Below, in pieces: positions 1-11,125 of a stretch of 64,000 nucleotides of DNA (position 1 is the first letter of the stretch; each line of letters starts with the position of its first letter). This DNA is from Vicugna vicugna (Eukaryota): positions 5,372,344 through 5,436,343 of the forward strand of contig MU058844.1 in NCBI GenBank assembly GCA_013265495.1, given 5' to 3'. The translations under genes and the position numbers were made by a program. The notes beneath the pieces were generated by a model that had not been told where the DNA came from, did not search any database, and worked only from the letters and a program-made list of their open reading frames with translations.

Positions 1-278
1 GATAAGTGTGAGGTGTCTTGATAGAATTTAGAAAGGATATACAGTCTGCATTTTGGAGGGAGCACAGAGATAAAGATACCTAAAGTAATATTTGTTGGTC
101 CTCCTATAATTAGTCAGCTCTATGGAGATAAAAGACAGTTCCAGAAGTGTGAGGAACATGTAGACGTGTCTGAGGCAAGAGAAAATGTTGTTTACTTAGT
201 GAACTGTGAATAATTCACTGTTGATTGAAGTTGAGTATTTCAGTGAGAAGTAGTCTAAACTGAAGAACCTCTGAAGAG

Positions 279-462
279 GTTCTTCAGCCTTCTAATGGAC
301 ATTTGGAAATCTCTGGAAATATTTTTGTATGTCAGAATGACTGAGGAGCAACATTACCAAGATCTAGTGAGTGTGGGATAAGATTTCATTACAGTGGAGG
401 TCCAGTATGTTAGGTAATTTTCTCACCCTAACATGATAATTGTAGTCTCCTGAGAAACACAG
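279..462 (+). mobile_element. hAT-Charlie DNA transposon fossil, MER20-like
   Basis: ggacatttggaaatctctggaaatatttttgtatgtca...gatctagtgagtg...tgagaaacac resembles the MER20 consensus as recalled, and the reverse complement of the copy at 19708-19925. Confidence 0.5.
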
Positions 463-639
463 GCAACAGATAACCAGCAGCCTTGGAAGATACACAGAGA
501 CATTTGGGCTCTCTTCTGAGGCACTGTTCTGAATAACCCGTTAAGGGATTTTAAGCAAAGGGTGGGCATGGCAAGATTTCTGCTCAGAAAGATCCCTCTG
601 GTTGCTTTGTTGAAGTGTATTAGAAGTTACACAGGTAGA

Positions 640-995
640 CACTAACACTGTAAGTGCTGGCTCTACCTAGGAATGGGCAAGTTAAGAGGGCAAGAAAAAT
701 CTGGCCAGCACTGAGATAATTCCATTGCCTTGACTCTTCCCACTGGAAAATGTGGATGTTAGCTTCCCTTGAGCAGAGTGATTGAGAAGGGGTGAAGTGG
801 ACTAGGAGTAACTGGAATAGTGTCCACAGAAGGCTAGTGCTGCTCCAGAGAACAGGGGCACTCTCTTCCCAGGAGTAGACCGCTCTGCAGTTCTGCCTTA
901 TTTTAAATCAATCAGTCAATCTCAAATCTTTGTTTAGTTTAACTTCCTGAAGTTGGATTTCTGTTTCTGTAATTGAAAAAAAAGTACTTGTTGAT
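640..995 (+). mobile_element. MaLR (MLT1-type) LTR remnant
   Basis: 3' end tttagtttaacttcctgaagttggatttctgtttctgtaattgaaaa is typical of old MLT1 LTR ends; highly diverged. Confidence 0.4.
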
Positions 996-1109
996 TCGCA
1001 TGGGGATAATCAATCATGGCACATCTTGACTGAGAAACATTACCAGAGACAGTGGCTCCAGTTTATATTTTAGTATTTTTATAAAAAAGAAGATACTTTT
1101 ATGGAGCCA

Positions 1110-1240
1110 GAGTATTGATTCATTCGTTAATTTATCCATGCATGCAAGCATCCATCCATCCATCCACTCATTATTCCAAAAATATGTGTTGCAGGCATTG
1201 CTTAAGCACTGGAGAGAACAAAGTTTGGTATTATAGGCAG
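1110..1240 (-). mobile_element. L2 LINE 3' end fragment
   Basis: (CATC/CATT)n-like tail followed by aatatgtgttgcaggcattgcttaagcactggaga, the characteristic L2 3' end in antisense. Confidence 0.5.
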
Positions 1241-2411
1241 ATATCTCAGGAAATCACCAATTTTTCTCCATATTTCCAAGAATAACTGTATCAGTTTGTT
1301 ATTCGTACTTCCTTTGAAATTCATCCACACTGTAAGAACCCATGCCTCCTATACTGTGAAGTTTGGACTCCAAAACAAAAAGTACAAATATAAGACATGA
1401 ATTACATTCATAGAAGTCTGTACTTCATTTATACCAAATATCTCTTTAAGTTCTTCAAAATACTTTGTTTCCATAGAAAAAGGAAATTTCATCATTTTCC
1501 AAATGTAAACTGCTTCATTTACATGACCTTTTGAATATGAATATATTTGCCTTTCTTTGTACAATTTCGTTATTCTAGACCTTCTGTGCCTTTTGAAAGA
1601 TGGAATGTCTTCAGTAGGTGGTGAACATCCTGTTAAAAACATTTTTATTTTACACAGGTGTAACACAGGTGGTACGCCCTTTCCTCTCTGCCCCATAGGG
1701 TGTAGCTCTAACTACCCTCTAGGGAAGAGAAGGTTGGGTGAACAGCCTTACTATTTCTCCAGCTCAGTAATTACCTGAAGGTACATTCTCTTCACTGCCC
1801 AGGAGTTCTTAAGGAAAGTGCAATCTCACGCATACAGAATGGGCTTGCATCATGGTTCTTTCATGACTGACTTCAGCCCCTTCTCCAAACCATACTATAT
1901 GCATTTAAGACTGATTGTTTCGTATCTTTTTTTTTAAATTGTGAAAGATTCATGTCACTGTCATGGAATTGTATATATTCTGGTGGTGGAACCTCAGATG
2001 TGGTGCCTGACTTAGCTACTTTGTCCTTAAACATATGAAGGAGAGTTTTCACACATTGAATTTCAGAGGGTTCTATAAAGATACACCATCATCCGTACTT
2101 ACAAATTAATGACTGTTTTTGTTATGCTCAGTAGGTTCTAGATTTCTTAATAATGCTACCTCAAAATAAGTTAAAAATAAATGAAGAGATGTCTAAATCA
2201 CTTCTGATTTTTGACCTCATTTTAAAAATGGTAGAAGCTGGTGTGTAATTCACCACTAGTGGTTGCTTCAATCCATTATACCACCCCATGGAGAGGCAGA
2301 ATTACTTTTGAGTTTTAAATGAACCAAAATGTCTTTTGACTCTGGAGAGGGTGAAGGAGAGGGAGAGATTTAGAAACATTCTCTTATTTCTGTCTTGAAA
2401 CTCTGGGTGAG

Positions 2412-2908
2412 TGTGTTAGTTACACCCTGTTTGTCCCTCCAGGTCTTCTTTTCTCCCTAACCACCCAGCTCTGGCACCAGAGACTAACCTGACTAACTTC
2501 ATCAGTGGGCTTTCCCCCCTGCTTCCTGTGGAGTCTGGTTAACGGAAGCTGTCAGGGGAAGGTACGTCAGGGGGCAAGTGAAGTTGAGGTACTTCATTCT
2601 GTGGTTGTCTCCCTGCCTAGTCATGGATTGCTCTTTTCTGAGTTCCTCTACAAAAGTCTAAGTTGCTGTTGGACAGTACTCTCTTAAAGGAGCTGCAGAC
2701 TCACTTCAACCCTCTCTATTTCATAAGTTCTCCCTCCTCCTGACTCTTTAGGCCAAATGATGTTGAAGACTCCTTGTTTTTGCTCAACTCATGGTCCCTC
2801 AATATGCTTTGTTGGCTTCCTTGGAATCTGCTGTCATATTTATTAACAGTTCCTGCATTAGTCTCCTGAACTACTACATCATTTCCTGTTATGATTCTTG
2901 CTGATAGA
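2412..2908 (+). mobile_element. ERVL LTR (LTR16-like)
   Basis: Motifs tgtttgtccctccagg..., gaagttgaggtacttcattc, tttaggcc...gactcc, catttcctgttatgattcttgctgata resemble the LTR16 family. Confidence 0.45.
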
Positions 2909-3964
2909 ATGATATTCATAGTACTTAATACTTAAGAGCTACTTAGAGTAAAAAATAAAAGAGGACTGCACTTAGCTGGGGAAGGTAGAAATGAATTCAA
3001 TTTTAGACCTCTCAAATTTTATACGTCTGACAAGTATCCCAGAAGTCAGATGTCTGATTAGTATTTTTATAGGGATGGAAGTGAGAAGTGATTTGGAGAT
3101 CTAATGAACTTGATGAACTTGGAAGAATCTGAGCTTCATTTAACAATCCATAAAATTAAGGAAATGTATTGGTTATTTTCTTTGTGCTTCCATCCCTGAG
3201 ACCCTTTTAAAAAAAAATTCTATAGAGCTAATTAGAAAAGCAGGAACTTAAGAGACCTAGAACTCTATCAAGGCCAAAAAACTTATGTGAAAGCTGAAAT
3301 ATCTTATTTTATGCTAAAACAACCATCTACATCAAATGGGTAAAATAATCTCTTCAAGGAAAAGCTCAGCTTCCCCTGAGGCATATTAACCCTTCAAACA
3401 TAGAATGCATACACACCATACATTATTAAATCACTGAAATATGTGTTACATTTTAGGCAATGTATAATCTAAAAATACATTTCTTTGTATATAACACATT
3501 TCTAATATTGCAATTTTTTAAACTTATAATGTGTCTATTTCTCTATTACTTTGTAAAGAAGTACTTGTATTACCTCTGTAATACTCAGGGTATCTGAATG
3601 GAAGCCAGAGAGTGATCTGAAAATGACATTTAAATGAAATACACATACATATTTATATATGTATATATACATATATTTTGATATTCTGGGTATAGTTGAG
3701 TTTGTGCTTTAGGTGATTAACTGTCTGTAGGTAAAATGTTATACCTCTCAATCTTTGAGACATTCTTAAAATATCTTTAAATTTTCACAGCTTTGATTTT
3801 GAGAATAAGTCCCCATCTACGTTCACTATTTAGTCAAGATGGAAGATTTAACATATGATGTTATTTTCATTAATAACATTCCAAAGTGGTTACTATCCTT
3901 CTGTGTTTTTTTACAGTTGTATAAAAGGCTCTGAATAAGTATTCATTTTCTATGCTATGGAGTA

Positions 3965-4290
3965 ATAGTCATTTTTCTGCTGGGATAATCCTGCATAACA
4001 AATAACTCCCCTGAGCCTCAGTGGCTTAACACAATGATTATTTAAACCTCAGTGGATTGCAAGTCAGCTAATGTCAACTGGGCAATTCTGCACTAAACTG
4101 GACCACAGGCTTTTGGTCCATGTGTTTTCATTCTGGTATTCTGGATGAAGCAATGAATGATAACTGTGGCATGGCATTTTCAAGGAACAAGGTGGAATCA
4201 GAAATGCATAATGCTACTCTGTTAAGATGTCAACTCAATAGTGACAGCCTGTCACCTTTCCATTGGTTAAATTGGGTCATATGGCTATAC
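3965..4290 (-). mobile_element. MaLR (MLT1-type) LTR remnant
   Basis: ctgcataacaaataactcccctgagcctcagtggcttaacacaa is the typical antisense MLT1 terminus. Confidence 0.5.
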
Positions 4291-5185
4291 CTAACATTAT
4301 TTATTTATGGAAGTTGTTAACCTAAAAAAAAAAGAGTGCCAGAACTAAGATGATTGAGAACAATGGAGAAGCCAGGTCTTAGAGTTTGAATTCAATACTA
4401 TAGGAGTACTGTTGGAGATAGTTACACTGAGCCAGGAGCTAACATTAGTAAAGAAAAAAGGAAATGACGTAAGGGATCTTAGGTGATAGCAGCAAAGGGA
4501 GGTGTTTTAGAGAGCAAGGAATATAATTATCTGGAATAGGATGATGAATACGAAAATGACGCTTAGCCTACTCTATGGCCCAGACTCATGAAGTCTATAG
4601 ACGAAGCAGTATCATCCAGGAAGAACTGGGTTTAAGTTAGAATTTAGCATTCCTGGGAGAAACATTTTAGAAAGAGATTGAGGATATATAATCAATTTTG
4701 CTAATGACTGACTTGAAAGAAAAAGAAAATGTGAATGGTGGATGGATAAACATTCAGATTCAGAAGAGACCATGGAGTAGGAAGAGACTTCAGAGATGAT
4801 GTAATCTAATTTTTTATATGTTGAAGCCTCTTCATAATATAACTAATACACAACCAGTCTCTGTTTGAATATTTCCTGTGACTGGCTTCTTACAGGCAGC
4901 CCATGCCAAAAATGAGATTTTTTTTCAAAGATACTTCCATTTGCCTGGAAATTAAATAAAATTTATACAGCACAGGTTTTTTTATGATTAGGACTCTCCC
5001 TTGCTTCCTGTTGCTGCTCCCAGATTATTGCCTCTGCTCCCTCTTTTTATTATTAGATTTGAACTCGCTGGTTTTGCATGCTCTTTTCCTTTTTCCCTTT
5101 CTGAGCCTGGACATTTATAGGCCTCCTAGTTACTTGTTTCCAATCACTGCTAATCTCATCAGCTGACCACCCTAACAGCTACCAT

Positions 5186-5200
5186 CATTTCAAACAACTT

Positions 5201-5202
<2 letters not shown>
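5186..5202 (+). repeat. Target-site duplication (left copy) of the L1 insertion, catttcaaacaactttt
   Basis: Identical 17-mer at 7559-7575; the reconstructed empty site reads ...TTTT/AA, the L1 endonuclease consensus. Confidence 0.95.

Positions 5203-5255
<53 letters not shown>
5200..5255 (+). repeat. (TTTA)14 microsatellite, the A-rich tail of the minus-strand L1
   Basis: 14 perfect units between the left TSD and the L1 body. Confidence 0.95.
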
Positions 5256-5256
<1 letters not shown>

Positions 5257-7558
5257 TTTTTATTCTTGCCTCCTTTGTTGAAGATTAGTTGACCAGAGGT
5301 TTGTGGGTTCATTTCTGGGTTCTCTATTCTGTTCCATTGGTCCATATGTCTGTTTTGGTACCAATACCATGCTGTCTTAATGACTGTAGCTCTATAGTAT
5401 TGTCTGAAGTCTGGGAGAGTTATTCCTCCAGCCTCATTCTTTCTCTTCAGTAATGCTTTAGCAATTCTAGGTCTTTGATGGTTCCATATAAATTTTATTA
5501 TGATTTGTTCTAGTTCTGTGAAATATGTCCTGGGTAATTGGATAGGGATTGCATTAAATCTGTAGATTGCCTTGGGCAGTGTGACCATTTTAACAATATT
5601 GATTCTTCCAATCCAAGAGCATGGAATATCTTTCCATTTTTTAAAGTCTTCTTTAATTTCCTTCATCAATGGTTTATAGTTTTCTGTGTATAATTCTTTC
5701 GCCTCCTTGGTTAGATTTATTCCCAGATATTTTATTACTTTGGGTGCTATTTTAAAGGGGATTGTTTCTTTACTTTCTTTTTCTGTTGATTTATCGTTAG
5801 TGTAAAGAAAGGCAACTGATTTTTGAACATTAATTTTGTAACCTGCTACCTTGCTGAATTCTTCAATCAGCTCTAGTAGCTTTTGTGTGGACCTTTTAGG
5901 GTTTTCTATATATAGTAACATGTCATCAGCATATAATGACACTTTTACCTCTTCTTTTCCAATTTGGATCCCTTTTATTTCTTTCTCTTGCCTGATTGCT
6001 GTGGCTAGGACTTCCAGGACTATATTGAATAGGAGTGGTGATAGTGGGCATCCTTGTCTTGTCCCAGATTTTAGTGGGAAGCTTTTGAGTTTTTCACCGT
6101 TGAGAACTATGCTGGCTATAGGTTTGTCATATATAGCTTTTATTATGTTGAGATATGTTCCCTCTATACCCACTTTGGCGAGAGTTTTTATCATAAATGG
6201 GTGTTGAATTTTATCAAATGCTTTTTCTGCATCGATTGAGATGATCATGTGGTTTTTGTCCTTTCTCTTGTTGATGTGATGTATTACATTGATTGATTTG
6301 CGTATGTTGAACCAGCCTTGTGTCCCTGGGATGAACCCCACTTGGTCATGATGTATAATCTTTTTTATGTGTTGTTGGATTCTATTTGCTAAAATTTTGG
6401 TGAGGATTTTGGCGTCTATGTTCATCAGTGATATTGGCCTATAATTCTCTTTTTTTGTAGTGTCTTTGCCTGGTTTTGGTATCAGGGTGATGGTGGCTTC
6501 ATAGAATGAGTTTGGGAGTATTCCCTCCTTTTCAATCGTCTGGAAGAGTTTGAGAAGGACTGGTATGAGTTCTTCTTTGTATGTTTGGTAGAATTCCCCG
6601 GTGAAGCCGTCCGGTCCTGGACTTTTATTTGTAGGGAGGTTTTTAATTGCTATTTCTATTTCCTTTCTAGTGATCGGATTGTTCAAGTGTTCAGTTTCTT
6701 CTTGATTCAGTTTTGGTGGACAGTATGTTTCCAGAAACTTGTCCATCTCCTCTAGGTTATCCAGTTTGGTTCCATATAGTTTTTCATAATATTCTCGTAT
6801 GATATTCTGTATTTCTATTTTGTTTGTTGTAATTTCTCCATTTTCCTTTCTTATTTTGCTAATTTGTGCTCTCTCTTTTTTCTTCTTTGTGAGTTTGGCC
6901 AGAGGTTTGTCGATTTTATTTACTTTTTCAAAAAACCAGCTTTTGGTTTGGTTGATTTTTTCTATGGTCTTGTTAATCTCTATTGTATTTAATTCCTCTC
7001 TGATCTTTATTATTTCCTTCCTTCTGCTGCTTTTTGGGGCTTTTTGTTCTTCTTTTTCTAATTGATTCAGGTGGTGGGTTAACTTGTTTATTTGAGATTG
7101 TTCTTCTTTTTTGAGGAAGGCCTGTATCGCTATAAACTTCCCTCTTAGCACTGCCTTTGCTGTGTCCCATAGGTTTTGAGTGGTTGTGCTTTCATTATCA
7201 TTTGTCTCAAGGTATTTTTTAATTTCAGCTTTGATTTCCTCATTGATCCATTGTTTTTTCAATAACATATTGTTTAATCTCCATGCTTTTCTTTTTTTCT
7301 CCTTTGTTTCTCTGTTGTTGATTTCCAGTTTCATGGCATTGTGGTCAGTAAAGATGCTTGAGATAATTTCTATCTTCTTAAATTTGTTGAGGTTTCTTTT
7401 GTGTCCAAGTACATGATCGATCCTGGAAAATGTTCCATGTGCACTTGAAAAGAATGTATATTCTATTTTTTGGGGGTGTAATGCTCTGAAAATATCCACC
7501 AAATCTAGTTTTTCTATTGTAGTATTTAATTTCTCTGTTGCCTTGTTTATTTTCTGTC
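5203..7558 (-). mobile_element. Young LINE-1 insertion, 5'- and 3'-truncated, containing only an internal ORF2 segment plus tail
   Basis: Uninterrupted ORF2 frame, many retained CpGs, 17-bp perfect TSD and A-rich tail. Confidence 0.97.
5253..7558 (-). pseudogene. LINE-1 ORF2p fragment: C-terminal part of the APE endonuclease, linker and full reverse transcriptase domain; lacks the N-terminus and the C-terminal Cys-rich domain
   Basis: Motifs FSRIDH and TDHNAM (EN), QNIIREYY (PIP box), [29 protein letters not shown] and YADD (5922-5933). The frame stays open upstream of the track start ([19 protein letters not shown]); the track 'M' is a TTG. Confidence 0.95.
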
Positions 7559-7575
7559 CATTTCAAACAACTTTT
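7559..7575 (+). repeat. Target-site duplication (right copy) of the L1 insertion
   Basis: Identical to 5186-5202, followed by AA. Confidence 0.95.
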
Positions 7576-8197
7576 AATGAGGATATTCCCAATTCATTGA
7601 TACCCAGTTGTCTCACTACTGAGCAGTTGACTTCCACTTTCACATTCCTCCTCCACACCTTGCTTCTCTTCCTGGATGTATCATGTTTATCATTACTCTT
7701 TTAAAATATGCTTGACTCCTTGCTTTAATTTCATACACACCTGTCAAGTCTGCAATGATGGACAAATCCCTGTCTATGCTTGTATCGGAGCAACTCAACA
7801 TCACACAGGAGGCACCAGAGTTTCACGTTCATTAGCCTTAAGTGGACTTTCCACAATGCATTCAAGAAACAGTGTACCTCCAGAAAGTTTTCTCTGTTTC
7901 CACAGTGAAATCACATCTATGCACTCTACTTAAATCTTTAATTACTTCTTTCTTTCTTCTGCTTATCTCAGTGTGTAGTTTCACTTCTTACCAGAGCAAA
8001 TACTTCAGACAGCAACTAGTTAATAGTTTTGCTCCCATATCTGAAAACTGACCTGCTGCCTCACATTTCCATTACTGTGAAGAAAGCACTGCTCTGATTT
8101 AAATCCAGTTCCTTCACATGTGCTTCTTTGCTCCCACTGAACTTTTAGTTCTGTCTCCTTCATCTTCAACATCTTCATCTCTACTACATATTCTCTC

Positions 8198-8326
8198 GGA
8201 GTTCGAGATTTGCATATACTGACTGGTATATATAAAATAGATAAACAAGTTTATACTGTATAGCACAGGGAACTTTATTCAATATCTTATAGTAGCTTAT
8301 GGTGAAAAAGAATATGAAAACAAATA
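8198..8326 (+). mobile_element. Short internal L1 3'UTR fragment
   Basis: ggagttcgagatttgcatatact...tatactgtatagcacagggaac...ttcaatatctt is homologous to the reverse complement of ~22250-22370 in this window. Confidence 0.8.
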
Positions 8327-8343
8327 CCCCAGCTTTTCAAGAG

Positions 8344-8347
<4 letters not shown>

Positions 8348-8383
<36 letters not shown>
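8348..8383. repeat. (TG)n microsatellite
   Basis: Direct observation; about 18 units with one interruption. Confidence 0.95.
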
Positions 8384-8384
<1 letters not shown>

Positions 8385-10229
8385 TTACTTTTACCACTTC
8401 AATTTTTTTACTTTCCAGTTAATTTTTTACCCTTGTCATCCTAGAGCTTTACCTGCAGGGCCACCAAAAAGTAACTTATTGCTAAGTTCAACATGTTTCC
8501 ACTGTAAGTTGTCAGCAGTATTTTACACAACTGACCACTACTTTCTTCCTGAGAAATCTTTGTGAAGATAAAAAGGATATGTTGTGGATACATACTCACA
8601 GGTTCTAAAATTCAAGTGATGAACAATATGTAATTATTTTAATTTTAATTTTTATCATAACTAGAGTTAGGTTCTGAGTTCCCATTCATTTTGGTAGCCA
8701 AACAAAACAAAACAAAAAAAACGGAATCAATTTGAAGTAAATTTAATTGCTTCGAAGTATTCTCAGGGTCAGGTTTTAATTTAGTCAAATCAGAATTGCC
8801 CTTTCCCCTCCTCCCTTTCTTCTTAACTTGGTTTAATTTTTAAAAAGTTTGTATAATACAGTATCAGATGGTGAGGCATCTGGGCTTCAGCCCTCCTTTG
8901 TCCTGGACTGACATCTGTTGCAAGTACAATCATGTCCCGTATCCCCACCACACTGGCATCTGTTGAGGTTTCTGTATTCCCACCTGGTTTCTTGACATAC
9001 ATCCTACACTGCTCTTTGTTATAATTTACTCTCATCATGACCGCAGATCCCTTCAACATCTGTCTGTTTCCTCTCTCTCAGACAAGTGTCTTGTTATCAG
9101 AGGCAAAAGAAAATCCTGCTGCTTTCTCTTGTTAACCCGGGGACCACAGGAGACTTGCTGTGACTTCCTGTGTCTTCTTTTCTAGCATCTAGTCTTCTCC
9201 CTCTTAACTCCCATTTCCACCGGGTTACTAGGGAATCCTAAAAAATATTTTGTTCCAGAAAAGCTTAAGAGAAAATGCTTCCTCTATTCTTAGACCTTCA
9301 AACTGTTTAGTACTCTCTGTAAATAATCTTTTGTACTTTTTACTGATTTAAGAGCAGAAGAGACAGTCATAAAACCTCCCCCTAGGTCTAAAGCAGGATC
9401 TAAATGATTCTCTCCAACACACTGTTCAACCTTCTTCTGTACTAAAGGGAACCATTTTTCTTTTTATTCTAATAAGGGGGAAGAGGGATTTAATGGTTGC
9501 ATTCTTCCAACTTGCTGTCTACTACATCGGTAAGATAGCTTTCATTAAAATGAAACCCAATGATTTAGCATCTCTGCTTTTAGGTTTTTATTTTCACTTC
9601 ATCTCAGCTGGGTGGGCTGGGGAAAAAAGGACCACATGTTAAAGGTCAAGATATTTGATGAAGATTAGAGAGAGAGAGAGACTTAACATTCCTATGGTAT
9701 GGCAGAATGGGTAATCTGCCTATTTCTTTGGCTTGGGGAAAATATTATTAATGCTGAAGAGATGAACATATTTGAATGCATTGATGAGCTGAATAGAAAG
9801 TAAGAAATACTCTGAAGTGAAATTAAATGAAAGGAGAAAAGTGATAAGTAGAATGCTAGCTTCCACTCTGAAAGCAATTGAAAATTCTAGTGAACTTGGC
9901 TTTTAGTTTTCATAGATTCACAAAGCATAGAAAACAGAGATGTAAGTCCAGTAGTTGCTTAAATTAGGAAGGCTGAAAGAATATAACCCGTCATAAAGCT
10001 GGGTCCACCAAATTGGCCAGTCCCTCGATATGAGTATAAAATAGATACAAATGTACATTTGTGGAAGGTTTTATAAGAAGATATTACTGTCTTGAATTGC
10101 ATTGCTGAATAATAAGGAAAAATAATTCTTCTAGCTAAAAACAACCATAATATTTGATTGTGGCCTGAATTTACCTTACTTAATATGATGTGAAAACTTG
10201 AGAACAATACCATAGATACCACAGTCTAA

Positions 10230-10520
10230 TGTGGTCCTAGGTTGGTATAACTCCCAGTCCTCTGGCAGAAACAAATACAAATTTTATCTGGAAGAACTTG
10301 TCTTCCGTCTAAGCCACACATATCTCACAAGTAAAATTTTAAGAAACATAAATTTATAGTAAAATATCACAAATCATCCAGTGTAATAAGGCACCACAAG
10401 CTAGAGTCTCCAGAAATTAGAAACCGAATATTAAAACTAAATACATAAAATAAGTATGCTTTATGTGTTGCATAAGTGAAGTACTGAGAAAAATAAATCA
10501 GCAAGAAAATGTTAAAAAGA
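10230..10520 (+). mobile_element. Ancient L1M/HAL1-type 5' region remnant
   Basis: ctctggcagaaacaaatacaaattttatctggaaga...aaaataagtatg resembles old L1ME/HAL1 5' regions; very diverged. Confidence 0.35.
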
Positions 10521-10571
10521 CCAAGAAGATTTAACAAAGTCTCAAGAGAATGGTTTGATATTGAAAGTATT

Positions 10572-10750
10572 GTTTTAGGTCAGAGTCCCTGGAAACATAC
10601 TCTGAGATACGCATTTCCATGCAGGAAGTTTATTTGGGTGTGTTCTTGTGAGGGTGGGGGAGGCTTTTGCAGGGCAATTAAATAAAAAAAAAAAGCCTGA
10701 GTGAATGATGCAGTTGCAGCACGAGCCTTAACTGATCTTAGAAACACTGG
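10572..10750 (-). mobile_element. ERVL-type LTR fragment
   Basis: ttaggtcagagtccctggaaacatactctgagata...gcaggaagtttatttggg matches the antisense end of old ERVL LTRs (polyA signal as tttatt). Confidence 0.45.
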
Positions 10751-10954
10751 AACTAATCATTCCTAAAACTACTGCTTCAAAGCAGACATATTTTTGGTGT
10801 TTCTGTCTATTATACAGAACAGCAGCCATCCCACAGACTGAATATAATGGCATAATAAGGGGAAAATGAGATCATAAGCATGAAAATTCTTTAAGAACTC
10901 CAAAAGTTCTATGCAAATGGGTTATCATGACCACATACCCAGAAATCAGAAGTA

Positions 10955-11125
10955 CAGCCACTGGAGTCAGATAATCTCAGTTCACTTCTGACTCTGACAC
11001 TCACTAAATAGTGAAACAAAAGCAAATTACTAAATCTCTCTGTGCCTCAGTTTTCTCGTATCTAGAGTGAAATGAATAAAAATCACTTTGTAGGACTGCT
11101 GTGGAGGACTAAATAAGATGAACTG
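10955..11125 (+). mobile_element. MIR SINE
   Basis: ggagtcaga...ctctctgtgcctcagttttctc...gtggaggactaaataagat is the MIR core. Confidence 0.75.

Larger units (their letters stand above)
7880..8560 (+). mobile_element. Old L2 LINE ORF2 remnant, interrupted by an L1 fragment and (GT)n
   Basis: Translation near 8505-8550, KLSAVFYTTDHYFL, resembles the L2 RT motif DLSAAFDTVDHxLL; pyrimidine-rich L2-like sequence upstream. Confidence 0.55.

Noticed and set aside
1349..1778. 115-aa and 73-aa overlapping ORFs
   Set aside because: No recognisable domain and no convincing pair of splice sites; length is within chance expectation.
5851..7416. Plus-strand ORFs of 118, 88 and 78 aa with hydrophobic composition
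   Set aside because: Antisense shadows of the A-rich L1 ORF2.
5253..7502. 749-aa RT ORF as a novel or domesticated reverse-transcriptase gene
   Set aside because: It is plainly L1 ORF2 bounded by a TSD and tail, starts at a TTG inside the endonuclease domain and has no promoter. Youth explains the open frame.
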